Shown piece after piece: positions 37,431-47,020 of a stretch of 64,000 bases of DNA. This DNA comes from Coprobacillus sp. CAG:698 (GTDB taxonomy: Bacteria > Bacteroidota > Bacteroidia > Bacteroidales > Bacteroidaceae), in NCBI GenBank assembly GCA_963599995.1, contig CAVCAX010000060.1, forward strand, positions 37,372 to 101,371, read 5' to 3'. Below the pieces are notes generated by a model, which was not told where the DNA came from, searched no databases, and was given only the letters and a program-made list of their open reading frames with translations. Made by a program: the position numbers and the translations under genes. The first letter of the stretch is position 1; every line of letters begins with the position of its first letter.

Positions 37431-38048
37431 ATGAATAAAAAAATCTATTTATTACCAATTCTTTTACTGGCCTTGGCTTTTGTCTCTTGTGAGGAAACCA
37501 AAGAGGTGAGCATCTATGATAACTGGCAGGAACGCAACGAAGCGTTTATTGATTCCTTGTATAATGAATTCATGACGAACCGGGAAGCAAGCGGATTGGA
37601 CACTATTCATTTGTTGAGTGCTCCGGAAGATTATATCTTTTATAAGGAGAAGACTCCGGTAAAGGATACGCCGGCGGAAGGGGCTGATAAGGACGAGTAC
37701 ATCGAGGGATATGTATCGGAAGATATCCAGCCTTTCTACACGGATAGTGTATATATGTACTATAAAGGTTCTTTGATTATTGGTACCAGGTTTGATGGCT
37801 TTAAGGGAGAAAACCCGACGGCTTTTGACTCGCCGAGTAAGTTCAAAGTGAAAGAAGTTGTTACCGGTTGGACTGAAATACTTCAACGCATGAGTGTGGG
37901 AGAACGTTGGGAGGTTTATATCCCTTGGAAATATGGGTATGGTTCCAGTGGTGACGGCAGTATTTTAGGATATTCGACTTTGATATTTGATATGCAATTG
38001 TACGGTATCGAGAATCGAAGTTCGAATGCGCTGTCGATCTCGGATTAA
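37431..38048 (+). CDS. FKBP-type peptidyl-prolyl cis-trans isomerase lipoprotein
   Basis: Lipobox FVSC, YKGSL..G..FD, VVTGWTEILQRMSVGERWEVYIPWKYGYG, STLIFD. Confidence 0.92.
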   Translation: MNKKIYLLPILLLALAFVSCEETKEVSIYDNWQERNEAFIDSLYNEFMTNREASGLDTIHLLSAPEDYIFYKEKTPVKDTPAEGADKDEYIEGYVSEDIQPFYTDSVYMYYKGSLIIGTRFDGFKGENPTAFDSPSKFKVKEVVTGWTEILQRMSVGERWEVYIPWKYGYGSSGDGSILGYSTLIFDMQLYGIENRSSNALSISD

Positions 38049-38140
38049 GTGAGTAAACAGATACTCCCTATTCTTGTAAGATAAAGGAATAAGGGGATAA
38101 TACGAAGATAGATTTTTTAAATTTAAGGTTCGTTGCTTAT

Positions 38141-38213
38141 AGTCGTCCCTTAGGAAGCTATTGCTACATTGAGTGTCAATGTAGAATTGGTTTTCTAAGG
38201 GACGACTGTTTTT
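38141..38213 (+). terminator. Long imperfect hairpin with T tail (terminator / REP-like)
   Basis: AGTCGTCCCTTAG...CTACATTGA-GTG-TCAATGTAG...CTAAGGGACGACT followed by GTTTTT. Confidence 0.7.
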
Positions 38214-38603
38214 GTTATGGGGATTGGTTTATAAGGAAGAACTACGTGTTTTTCTGTGTTTCAAGAGGCAGTTTCAAAACAGGAGGGGTGTGTATGAGTT
38301 TCCAGAAGGTTATGTCTTGACTTTGACCAGGGACAAAAAAGAAAAGGTTATCGAAATTTTCGATAACCCCAAACTGAAGTTCTCTCCTGTTTTACCTAAG
38401 GCTTTTACAGAGAAAAGTCTTTATATGCTTACCACTATACTGAAAAAAACTACATAAACAACTATTTGAAGTGGTTTCTTCTTGACTTTACGTTCTTCTC
38501 CAAATCCGCCATCTAAATCGCTTATTTACAGCTTTTATACTGCATTTTGCTCTAACTTCCATTTTAAATACTTATTTTTGGCCAAACTCTTAATTCTGAA
38601 TAC

Positions 38604-40124
38604 ATGAAACACTTGCCGGTCTTTATTTCCCTGCTCTTCTTTGTCGGACATTCGTTTGCTCAATTACCGATACCCACTCCGGAAAAGGTACGGAACACAG
38701 GCGGAACATTCCACTTAAAAGACAAATGCCCCGTAGTATATGCCGCTGATCCATCGGCTGTTTATCTTGAGTTGCTCCGAAAGGATGTATTGGATGCTGC
38801 CTCCATACGGCTGTCTGATAAGAAACAGAAAGCGGCGGTTTGCTTCGTTTCTGATTCTTCCCTGCCTTCCGAAAGTTACAGAATTCATATTACGCAAAGG
38901 CGGATAGAGATACGTGCCAAAGACAATGGCGGCTTTATTTATGCCGTACAGACCTTGCGGCAATGGGTAAATCGGGATCAGGGGCATCCCACGTTTGTTT
39001 GTGCCGAAATAGCAGATAGTCCTCGTCTGAATTGGCGCTGTTTTATGCTCGACTCCGGACGGCAGTTTCAAAAAGTATCGACTGTCAAGAAGTATATAGA
39101 TATGGCCTCTTTGCTGAAGATGAACCGTTTTCATTGGCATCTGACGGAAGGATTAGGCTGGCGGATTGAAATCAAGCGTTATCCGGAGCTGGTGCAGACC
39201 GGAGCTTTTGTGGGAAAGGGAATCGGACAGCAGGGCTTTTATTCGCAGGATGACATCAGGGAGATCGTGCGATATGCGGCGGATCGGAATATTACCGTTG
39301 TTCCCGAAATAGATATGCCCGGACATGCCGAAGCAGCGCTTTCCGCCTATCCGCAATTGGGATGCTTCGGTACACCGGTGGAAGTTCCGGAAAACGGATT
39401 CACCCAAAACATATTTTGTGCAGGCAAGGAAAATACAATCTCATTTCTGAAGGCCGTATTGGATGAAGTATGCGAGCTGTTCCCTTCGGCATATATTCAT
39501 TTGGGTGGTGACGAAGCCCCTAAAGGAAACTGGAATAAATGTCCGGATTGTCAGCAGCTTATCAAAGAGAAAAGGCTGATGAATAGCCATGACCTTCAGT
39601 TGTGGTTCTCGTCCGAGATGGCCGGTTATCTGAAAACCAAAGGGAAGAAAGCTGTCTTTTGGGGAGATGTGGTTTATGAAGACGGTTGTCAGTTGCCGGA
39701 TAACGTAGTCATACAGTGGTGGAACTGGCGCGGCCACAAAGATCTGGCATTAAAGAACGCTCTACGAAACGGGCATCCGGTCATCTGCAGTACCAATTAC
39801 TACATGTACCTCAATTTCCCGGTTACTCCCTGGAGAGGATATAATGAAGACCGCACTTTCGATTTGAGGGATGTATACCTGCATAACCCTTCTTACCTGC
39901 CGGAAGAGAACCCGCTGATATTGGGCATGACTTGTGCACTCTGGACGGATTATGGAGTAACGGAGGATATGATAGACCACCGTCTGTTTCCGCGCATACT
40001 GGCTGTGGCCGAGCAGATGTGGCATAAGGGCACGCTATGCAGCTTCGATGTATTCTATAATAATGTATTGCAGAAGGAAAGCTGGTTTAACAGGCAAGGC
40101 TTTCAGTTCGGTCCGGCGTTGTAA
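38604..40124 (+). CDS. GH20 beta-N-acetylhexosaminidase
   Basis: Signal peptide, MLDSGRQF, FHWHLT, PEIDMPGH, catalytic HLGGDEA, LFPRILAVAE. -7 box TATTTTTG at 38573-38580. Confidence 0.93.
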   Translation: MKHLPVFISLLFFVGHSFAQLPIPTPEKVRNTGGTFHLKDKCPVVYAADPSAVYLELLRKDVLDAASIRLSDKKQKAAVCFVSDSSLPSESYRIHITQRRIEIRAKDNGGFIYAVQTLRQWVNRDQGHPTFVCAEIADSPRLNWRCFMLDSGRQFQKVSTVKKYIDMASLLKMNRFHWHLTEGLGWRIEIKRYPELVQTGAFVGKGIGQQGFYSQDDIREIVRYAADRNITVVPEIDMPGHAEAALSAYPQLGCFGTPVEVPENGFTQNIFCAGKENTISFLKAVLDEVCELFPSAYIHLGGDEAPKGNWNKCPDCQQLIKEKRLMNSHDLQLWFSSEMAGYLKTKGKKAVFWGDVVYEDGCQLPDNVVIQWWNWRGHKDLALKNALRNGHPVICSTNYYMYLNFPVTPWRGYNEDRTFDLRDVYLHNPSYLPEENPLILGMTCALWTDYGVTEDMIDHRLFPRILAVAEQMWHKGTLCSFDVFYNNVLQKESWFNRQGFQFGPAL

Positions 40125-40219
40125 GCATCCTATTCATCTCTTCCTGTAGCCGACTGTGGCAGTTCTGACATTACCGGACATGATAAATGTGCAACCGATG
40201 CAAAATAATTTCTTTCAAG

Positions 40220-40235
40220 TGTAATGTGGATTACA
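40220..40235 (+). promoter_or_regulatory. Palindromic operator TGTAAT-N4-ATTACA upstream of nrfH (candidate HcpR/Crp-Fnr site)
   Basis: Perfect 6-4-6 palindrome 51 nt before the nrfH ATG. Confidence 0.55.
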
Positions 40236-40286
40236 TATTTGTTTGCATCTTTTTCACTTCTTTGCGCAAACATTCTTCATGTCCTT

Positions 40287-40877
40287 ATGAAAGTAAAAGA
40301 AATTATTCATTGGTTACTTCCTTCCAGACGCCGGAAGATGGCTGTCATAGCCTTGTCCGGGCTGATTGTTGGCGGAGGGCTGCTTTTCTTGTATATGCTC
40401 CGGGCGCATACCTATCTGGGCGATGAACCGGCAGCTTGTGTCAATTGTCACATCATGGGGCCTTACTATGCGACCTGGATGCATAGCTCGCACGGGCGTG
40501 ACGCTACGTGCAATGACTGTCATGTACCGCATGAAAATCCGGTAAGGAAATGGGCATTCAAGGGAATGGACGGCATGCGTCATGTGGCGGTTTTCCTTAC
40601 CCGGGGCGAATCTCAGGTGATACAGGCCAATGATGAGAGCGCGGGAGTGATTATGAACAACTGTATCCGTTGCCATACGCAGTTGAATACCGAGTTTGTC
40701 TCTACCGGACGTATCGACTACATGATGTCTCAGACGGGCGAAGGCAAGGCTTGCTGGGATTGTCACCGTGATGTGGCGCACGGGCAGAACAGTCTTTCCA
40801 CCACACCGGATGCACTGGTACCGTATCCGGAATCACCTACACCGGAATGGTTACGTAAAATGATAAATAAAAAATAA
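40287..40877 (+). CDS. nrfH: Cytochrome c nitrite reductase small subunit (tetraheme, NapC/NirT family)
   Basis: N-terminal TM helix; CVNCH, CNDCH, CIRCH, CWDCH; directly upstream of nrfA. Start placed at MKVKEII. Confidence 0.95.
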   Translation: MKVKEIIHWLLPSRRRKMAVIALSGLIVGGGLLFLYMLRAHTYLGDEPAACVNCHIMGPYYATWMHSSHGRDATCNDCHVPHENPVRKWAFKGMDGMRHVAVFLTRGESQVIQANDESAGVIMNNCIRCHTQLNTEFVSTGRIDYMMSQTGEGKACWDCHRDVAHGQNSLSTTPDALVPYPESPTPEWLRKMINKK

Positions 40878-40891
40878 AAGATAGCACAATT

Positions 40892-42373
40892 ATGGAAAAG
40901 AAATTAAAGTCATGGCAAGGATGGTTATTGTTTGGTGTAACAATGGCGGTCGTGTTTGTATTGGGACTGGTAGTCTCTTCTTTGATGGAGCGCCGGGCGG
41001 AAATAGTCAGCGTGTTCAATAACAAGCGGGTGGAAATCAAAGGTATCGAAGCCCGTAATGAGATCTTCGGAGAGAATTATCCGCGTCAGTATGATACGTG
41101 GACACAAACGGCACAGACCGATTTTGAAAGCGAATTCAATGGCAGCGAAGCAGTGGATGTACTGGAAAAACGACCGGAAATGGTCGTACTTTGGGCAGGA
41201 TATGCTTTCTCTAAAGACTATACGACTCCGCGCGGACACATGCATGCTGTCGAAGACATTACACGCTCTCTCCGCACAGGGGCGCCGACGGATCCGCATA
41301 CCGGTCCGCAGCCTTCTACCTGCTGGACTTGTAAGAGTCCCGACGTACCCCGTATGATGGAAGCTGTCGGCGTGGATGCTTTCTATAATAACAAATGGGC
41401 GGCTTTGGGCAATGAGATTGTCAATCCCATCGGCTGTGCCGACTGTCATGAACCGGAGAATATGAAACTGCACATCAGCCGTCCGGCTTTGCGTGAAGCA
41501 TTTGCCCGGCAGGGAAAAGACATCGACAAAGCCACCCCGCAGGAAATGCGTTCGCTGGTATGTGCCCAATGCCATGTGGAGTACTACTTCAAAGGCGATG
41601 GCAAGTACCTGACATTCCCGTGGGACAAAGGATTTACCGTAGAGGAGATGGAGGCTTATTATGATGAGGCTGATTTTGCCGACTATACACATACATTGAG
41701 CAAAGCGCGCATTTTGAAAGCGCAGCATCCGGACTATGAAATTGCGAATTTGGGTATTCATGCGCAGCGTGGCGTGTCTTGCGCCGATTGCCACATGCCG
41801 TACAAGAGCGAAGGCGGTATGAAGTTCAGTGATCACCACGTACAAAGTCCGCTGGCAATGGTGGACCGTACATGCCAGGTATGTCACCGTGAAAGCGAAG
41901 AGACCTTGCGTAACAATGTTTACGACCGTCAGCGCAAAGCGAATGAGATCCGTAACCGTCTGGAACAGGAATTGGCGAAGGCGCATATTGAAGCGGAATT
42001 CGCCTGGAAGAAAGGAGCGACCGAACCGCAGATGAAGGAAGCGTTGGCACTGATCCGCCAGGCGCAGTGGAGATGGGATTTCGGCGTTGCCTCTCATGGT
42101 GGCTCTTTCCATGCACCGCAAGAAATCCAGCGTATTCTGGCTCACGGACTCGACAAGGCATTGTTGGCACGTCTCTCCATCTCCAAGGTCTTGGCCAATC
42201 ATGGATTTACAGGTGAAGTGCCCATGCCGGATATCTCTACAAAGGCAAAGGCGCAGGAGTATATCGGTCTCGATATGAAGAAAGAACACGAGAACAAAGA
42301 TAAGTTCATGAAAGAGCTTGCTCCGCAATGGCTGAAAGAGGCTAAGGCAAATGGCAAACTGGTTGCAATTTAA
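40892..42373 (+). CDS. nrfA: Ammonia-forming cytochrome c nitrite reductase catalytic subunit (pentaheme)
   Basis: Active-site CWTCK plus CADCH, CAQCH, CADCH, CQVCH; PRGH, CHVEYYF, KAQHPDYE, ASHG. Confidence 0.98.
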   Translation: MEKKLKSWQGWLLFGVTMAVVFVLGLVVSSLMERRAEIVSVFNNKRVEIKGIEARNEIFGENYPRQYDTWTQTAQTDFESEFNGSEAVDVLEKRPEMVVLWAGYAFSKDYTTPRGHMHAVEDITRSLRTGAPTDPHTGPQPSTCWTCKSPDVPRMMEAVGVDAFYNNKWAALGNEIVNPIGCADCHEPENMKLHISRPALREAFARQGKDIDKATPQEMRSLVCAQCHVEYYFKGDGKYLTFPWDKGFTVEEMEAYYDEADFADYTHTLSKARILKAQHPDYEIANLGIHAQRGVSCADCHMPYKSEGGMKFSDHHVQSPLAMVDRTCQVCHRESEETLRNNVYDRQRKANEIRNRLEQELAKAHIEAEFAWKKGATEPQMKEALALIRQAQWRWDFGVASHGGSFHAPQEIQRILAHGLDKALLARLSISKVLANHGFTGEVPMPDISTKAKAQEYIGLDMKKEHENKDKFMKELAPQWLKEAKANGKLVAI

Positions 42374-42480
42374 TTGAACCTTTCCAATAGCGGACTTTCA
42401 ATAGCAAGCGTTCAAGACAAGTTTCAATAGTACGGCTTTAACAGCAAACTTTTAACTGCAACTTTTCAACTTTTCAACTG

Positions 42481-43725
42481 ATGATGTGGCAAAAACCATG
42501 GGGATATAAAGAAGGGTTCGCTGTCTGCGGCGGACTCTTTCTTATCGGTACTTTCTGGCAGATACTACTTGGGAAGTGTACGCTTTCTGTGCTTGCATGG
42601 CCGGTAAATATATATGTGGGAGTAGGTTACCTGCTTCTGTTGATAATCCTGCACGTCTTCTTTCGCAAGTTTTACTTTGTCCGTTGGATGAGCAGCCCTC
42701 AGGCGGCAGTCACATCCATGATCTCTCTGGTCGTGATGACGGTCATAATGGGACTTGTCCGCCAATTGCAGCCGGAGGTTATGGTAACGGGCATTGATGC
42801 CTGGTTAGGATTCTCGCAGATGCTTTCCGCCTGCTCTTTCGTATTGCTTTTTCTGTGGTTTGTCACGTTGTTGGGAATGGTGATTCTCCGCCGGATACAT
42901 AATCGGTCATGGCGTGATATTCCGTTTTTTCTCAATCATGCCGGACTTTTTCTGGCATTGACCGGTGCCGTATTGGGAAGTGCCGATTTGCAGCGGCTTG
43001 AAATGACTGTCCGGACAGGCAAAGCCGAGTGGCGTGCGTTGAACCGGCAGAAAGAGATGGTGGAGCTTCCGTTGGCAATCGAATTGCATGACTTCACCAT
43101 AGATGAATACCCGCCTAAATTGATGCTGATCGATAATGAATCGGGGAAGGCTCTTCCGGAAGGGAGACCGGAGAATATTCTGATAGAGGATGATTGCAAT
43201 GAAGGGACCTTGTCGGATTGGGAGATTAAGATAGAAAACAAGTTGCCGATGGCTGCCGGTGTAACGGCCGGAGATACAATGAAATTTGTGGAATTCCATT
43301 CAATGGGAGCGACTTATGCACTTTATGTGAAAGTCAGGAATACAAAAGATGGCGGGCAATGCGAAGGCTGGGTGAGCTGCGGCAGTTTTATGTTCCCGTA
43401 CAAGGCACTTCGGCTGAATCGGGAAGTAAGCCTTATCATGCCCGAACGCGAACCGAAACGTTTCGCTTCCGAAGTGACTGTCTACACACAGTCGGGAACA
43501 CAAGTGGAAACGACGATTGAGGTGAACCGCCCGTTGGAGATGGAAGGATGGAAAATTTACCAGTTGAGCTATGATGAGGAAAAAGGGCGCTGGAGTGATA
43601 TCAGTGTGTTCGAGTTGGTCAGCGATCCTTGGTTGCCTGTGGTCTATACCGGTATATGGATGATGATAGCCGGTGCTGTCTGTCTGTTTGCATCATCACA
43701 CAAAAGAAAGGAGGAGAAGGCATGA
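42481..43725 (+). CDS. Cytochrome c biogenesis protein ResB/CcsB-like (system II)
   Basis: TM helices, FLNHAG, large periplasmic domain, EVNRPL...WKIYQLSYD, DPWLPVVYTG. Overlaps ccsA via ATGA. Confidence 0.85.
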   Translation: MMWQKPWGYKEGFAVCGGLFLIGTFWQILLGKCTLSVLAWPVNIYVGVGYLLLLIILHVFFRKFYFVRWMSSPQAAVTSMISLVVMTVIMGLVRQLQPEVMVTGIDAWLGFSQMLSACSFVLLFLWFVTLLGMVILRRIHNRSWRDIPFFLNHAGLFLALTGAVLGSADLQRLEMTVRTGKAEWRALNRQKEMVELPLAIELHDFTIDEYPPKLMLIDNESGKALPEGRPENILIEDDCNEGTLSDWEIKIENKLPMAAGVTAGDTMKFVEFHSMGATYALYVKVRNTKDGGQCEGWVSCGSFMFPYKALRLNREVSLIMPEREPKRFASEVTVYTQSGTQVETTIEVNRPLEMEGWKIYQLSYDEEKGRWSDISVFELVSDPWLPVVYTGIWMMIAGAVCLFASSHKRKEEKA

Positions 43726-44513
43726 GTTGGGATTTGTTCGGGCTGTTTGCAGCAGTCTCTCTTTGTCTTTGGGCGGTTGGGGCCGTTAGCGCCTGGAAAG
43801 GCAAACCGATGAGCAGGGTATTAGGCTTTACGTTGGCAGGGTTGCTTGTCTTCTTCAGCTTTATCCTGGGTATGTGGATTGCGTTAGAGCGTCCGCCGAT
43901 GCGTACGATGGGGGAAACCCGTTTGTGGTACTCTTTCTTCTTGCCGCTGGCAGGCATTATCACCTATGTCCGCTGGCGTTATAAGTGGATATTAGGCTTC
44001 AGCTTCGTATTGTCATTGGTATTTATCTGCATTAATCTTTTTAAACCCGAAATTCATAACAAAACGCTGATGCCGGCTTTGCAAAGTCCTTGGTTCGCAC
44101 CGCATGTCATCGTATATATGTTTGCCTATGCCATGCTTGGGGCAGCTGCGGTGATGGCGGTTTATCTGCTATGGATAAAGAAGAAACCGGCGGCCGAACG
44201 GGAAATGGAACTTTGCGACGAGCTGGTGTATGTGGGACTTTCGTTTATGACTTTGGGGATGCTTTTCGGTGCTTTGTGGGCAAAAGAGGCCTGGGGACAC
44301 TACTGGAGCTGGGACCCGAAAGAGACATGGGCAGCCGCCACGTGGATAGGGTATCTGTGTTACATCCACTTCCGGCTTCATCGACACAGAAGCCATCGCA
44401 AGGCGCTTGTCGGATTATTGGTCTGCTTTCTTTTACTTCAAATGTGTTGGTATGGCATCAACTACCTGCCTTCGGCACAAGGAACGAGCGTACATACTTA
44501 TAATTTAAACTGA
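43722..44513 (+). CDS. ccsA: Cytochrome c biogenesis protein CcsA/ResC
   Basis: PALQSPWFAPHV, WWD motif WAKEAWGHYWSWDPKETW, C-terminal SVHTY. Start at ATG 43722. Confidence 0.93.
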   Translation: MSWDLFGLFAAVSLCLWAVGAVSAWKGKPMSRVLGFTLAGLLVFFSFILGMWIALERPPMRTMGETRLWYSFFLPLAGIITYVRWRYKWILGFSFVLSLVFICINLFKPEIHNKTLMPALQSPWFAPHVIVYMFAYAMLGAAAVMAVYLLWIKKKPAAEREMELCDELVYVGLSFMTLGMLFGALWAKEAWGHYWSWDPKETWAAATWIGYLCYIHFRLHRHRSHRKALVGLLVCFLLLQMCWYGINYLPSAQGTSVHTYNLN

Positions 44514-44519
44514 TATAAT

Positions 44520-45788
44520 ATGAAACTGACTGCTATTATTTTTACCGGATTGGCTTTGTGCGCTTCTACTGTCTGTGCACAGGAAGAAAAGAACGAATTT
44601 AGCATTGATGCACAACTGCGTGCCCGTGGCGAATATCGCAATGGCGTACTTAGTCCGCGTGCCGACGGGCAGCTTCCTGCCTTTTTTATAAACAACCGTG
44701 CCCGTTTTTCACTCGGGTATAAGCGGGAACGTCTGCAGATGAAGTTTTCGGCCCAGCATGTAGGGGTGTGGGGGCAGGACCCTCAGATCGATAAGAACGG
44801 GCGTTTCATCCTTCATGAGGCATGGGCAAAGCTGGACTTGGGCAAAGGGCTCTTCGCACAGCTGGGGCGTCAGTCGTTGGTGTATGATGATGAGCGTTTG
44901 CTGGGCAGCCTCGATTGGAATGTGGCAGGACGTTTTCATGACGCGTTGAAGTTGGGATACGAGGCAGGGAAACATAAAATGCACCTGGTCCTTGCTTTCA
45001 ACCAGAACGATGAAAAGACGATAGGCGGCAGCTTTTATAACCCTTCGAATGCACAGCCCTATAAAACCATGCAGACCTTGTGGTATCATGGCAAGTGGGC
45101 CGAGGACTTTGATGCCTCTCTGCTCTTCATGAACGTGGGCTATGAGACAGGAACACCCGAAAAAGGAAGAACCAATTACATGCCTACCACCGGAACTTAT
45201 CTCACTTATACTCCCGGCAACTGGACACTGAACGGAAGCGCTTACTATCAGTTCGGCAAAAGAAAAGTCGGTGAGGATGTGAAAAAGGTTTCCGCCTATA
45301 TGTTCGGTGTGAAAGCGGGGTATAAAATCAACCGGCAATGGTCTGTCGGCATATTGACCGACTATCTGAGCGGTGATCCGGAAAGCAGCAAAGCCTCTAC
45401 GTTCGATCCGCTTTACGGTACACATCATAAGTTTTATGGCGGCATGGATTACTTCTATGCTTCTGCTTACAACAAGGGGTTGTGGGATAAGCAGTTGAGC
45501 GTTGATTTCAAACCGAATCCCCGTTGGGCACTGTCGTTGAATTATCATCACTTCTCTACGACTTATGACGTAACGGTAAAGGATGATAAAGGGCGTAGTC
45601 TCGGATCAGAGTTCGACCTGCAGGTAGATTACACCGTGATGAAAGATGTGAAACTGACCGTCGGTTACTCCACCATGCTCGGAACGAAATACATGGATGT
45701 GGTGAAAGGCGGCAGCCATGACGCCTGGCAAGATTGGGGATGGGTCTCTCTTAATATCAACCCGCGTATTTTCTTTACTAAATGGTAG
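44520..45788 (+). CDS. Outer-membrane beta-barrel, alginate-export (AlgE-like) family
   Basis: Signal peptide, LRARGEYRNG, GRQSLVYDDERLLG..DW, DYLSG, FDPLYGTHHKFYG.MDYF. Confidence 0.82.
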   Translation: MKLTAIIFTGLALCASTVCAQEEKNEFSIDAQLRARGEYRNGVLSPRADGQLPAFFINNRARFSLGYKRERLQMKFSAQHVGVWGQDPQIDKNGRFILHEAWAKLDLGKGLFAQLGRQSLVYDDERLLGSLDWNVAGRFHDALKLGYEAGKHKMHLVLAFNQNDEKTIGGSFYNPSNAQPYKTMQTLWYHGKWAEDFDASLLFMNVGYETGTPEKGRTNYMPTTGTYLTYTPGNWTLNGSAYYQFGKRKVGEDVKKVSAYMFGVKAGYKINRQWSVGILTDYLSGDPESSKASTFDPLYGTHHKFYGGMDYFYASAYNKGLWDKQLSVDFKPNPRWALSLNYHHFSTTYDVTVKDDKGRSLGSEFDLQVDYTVMKDVKLTVGYSTMLGTKYMDVVKGGSHDAWQDWGWVSLNINPRIFFTKW

Positions 45789-45839
45789 GAATGTAACTGA
45801 AAAAGAACTATTTTTGCCATATAACCAAAGAGTAATGTT

Positions 45840-46547
45840 GTGGTAAGAATCGATTTTACAGATGAGTATAAACAACTGCCATGGCAGATACCTCTTTTCC
45901 GGGACTTGGATATGAATGTGAAGCGTCGTTTAATGGACGAACTTGATGTTGTATTGTACAAAGTGTCCCGAAAAGAGGTGGTGCTGCAACAAGATACGCG
46001 TTGTAACCATTTGTATGTGTTGCTGAAAGGTGAATTGGAGGTTAATATCATCGATGTAGCCGGCAATCAGGTAAAGGTCGAGGAGATTATCGCTCCCCGC
46101 GCCTTCGCTACTCCGCATCTGTTTGGCGGGAATAATATTTTGCCGGCCACTTTTACTGCAAGCAAGGAGTCTGTTCTTCTGATGGCTACCCGCTCTTCGG
46201 TTTTCAAGCTGCTAAGCTCCGTGCCGCAGCTTCTTCACAGCTTTCTTTGTGTGACAGGCAACTGTAACAAATGCACCATTACCCGTTTGCGTATTCTCTC
46301 TTATAAAAATCTCCGCAGCCGTTTTATTTATTATCTCATGGAGCATTGTACCTCCGGCTATACGGCATTGTTAGAGCATAACCAGGCACAATTGGCCGAG
46401 TATCTGGGAGTTACCCGTCCGGCTCTCTCGAAGGAAATCAATAAGATGATAAGGGAAGGGCTTATCTCTGCGGATAAGCGGGAGGTTACACTGCTGGATG
46501 TGCAAGGGCTGATGGATATTCCCCCTCGAACCTCTTCCGAGAAGTAG
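45840..46547 (+). CDS. Crp/Fnr family transcriptional regulator (HcpR-like)
   Basis: cNMP-fold LYVLLKGEL; HTH QAQLAEYLGVTRPALSKEINKM..EGLI. -7 box TATTTTTG at 45809-45816. Confidence 0.9.
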   Translation: MVRIDFTDEYKQLPWQIPLFRDLDMNVKRRLMDELDVVLYKVSRKEVVLQQDTRCNHLYVLLKGELEVNIIDVAGNQVKVEEIIAPRAFATPHLFGGNNILPATFTASKESVLLMATRSSVFKLLSSVPQLLHSFLCVTGNCNKCTITRLRILSYKNLRSRFIYYLMEHCTSGYTALLEHNQAQLAEYLGVTRPALSKEINKMIREGLISADKREVTLLDVQGLMDIPPRTSSEK

Positions 46548-46580
46548 CGGGATGGATATTCTTCATCGAACCTCTTCCGA
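46511..46580 (+). repeat. 30-bp direct duplication of the regulator gene's 3' end
   Basis: 46511-46540 vs 46551-46580, 27/30 identical. Confidence 0.85.
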
Positions 46581-46616
46581 TAGGATAGATGAGGCAGCTT
46601 AACGGGAAGAGGGTGG

Positions 46617-46723
46617 AAAACATGTAGCATCTTTCAGAAAAAGACTTAACGTCCTTCGGAAAAAGACTTAGCATCTTTCAAAAAAACATATAGTATCTTT
46701 AAAAAAAAGACTTAATGTCTTTT
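46617..46723. repeat. Five degenerate ~21-22-nt tandem units (AAAAAGACTTAGCATCTTTC-like)
   Basis: Seen directly; each unit is weakly palindromic (AAAGA...TCTTT). Confidence 0.8.
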
Positions 46724-46758
46724 CATGGGCATGAGATAATGCCTTTATCCGATCTGTT

Positions 46759-46994
46759 TTTACCCCTTTCACCTCCTTCACCTTTTTCCATCAAAGTCTT
46801 TATCCATCGCAGATACAGGGTGAAAGCCCGCTCGGAACGGTACTTATGAACCGTGAATACGGTTTTCACGGATTATGGGCACAGTCGTCACCGACAGTCT
46901 GTACGGTGCTTGGCAAGACGGAGTGCCCTTTCACCCTCTATTGCCGATGAATAAGCCGATCGGGCAAAAAGGTGAAGGGGGTGAAAGGGGTAAA
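46759..46994. mobile_element. 236-bp palindromic MITE/REP-like element
   Basis: 29-bp terminal inverted repeats, 28/29 complementary (TTTACCCCTTTCACCTCCTTCACCTTTTT); a second imperfect inner inverted repeat around AGGGTGAAAG/CTTTCACCCT. No transposase. Confidence 0.6.
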
Positions 46995-47020
46995 TTTATC
47001 TCCAAAATGACTCGTTTTAC

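Noticed and set aside
36160..37458. 432-aa antisense ORF (also 40925-42328, 21593-22792, 17049-17972 and similar)
   Set aside because: Shadow frames opposite well-supported genes, with no recognisable motifs.
38212..38457. 81-aa ORF between FKBP and GH20
   Set aside because: TTG start inside a terminator tail, no promoter, no motif; could at most be a gene remnant.
42374..42480. Degenerate TTTCAA(T/C)AGC-like repeats between nrfA and resB
   Set aside because: Too short and degenerate to assign a function; resembles common low-complexity spacers (also 31965-31995, 53075-53100).
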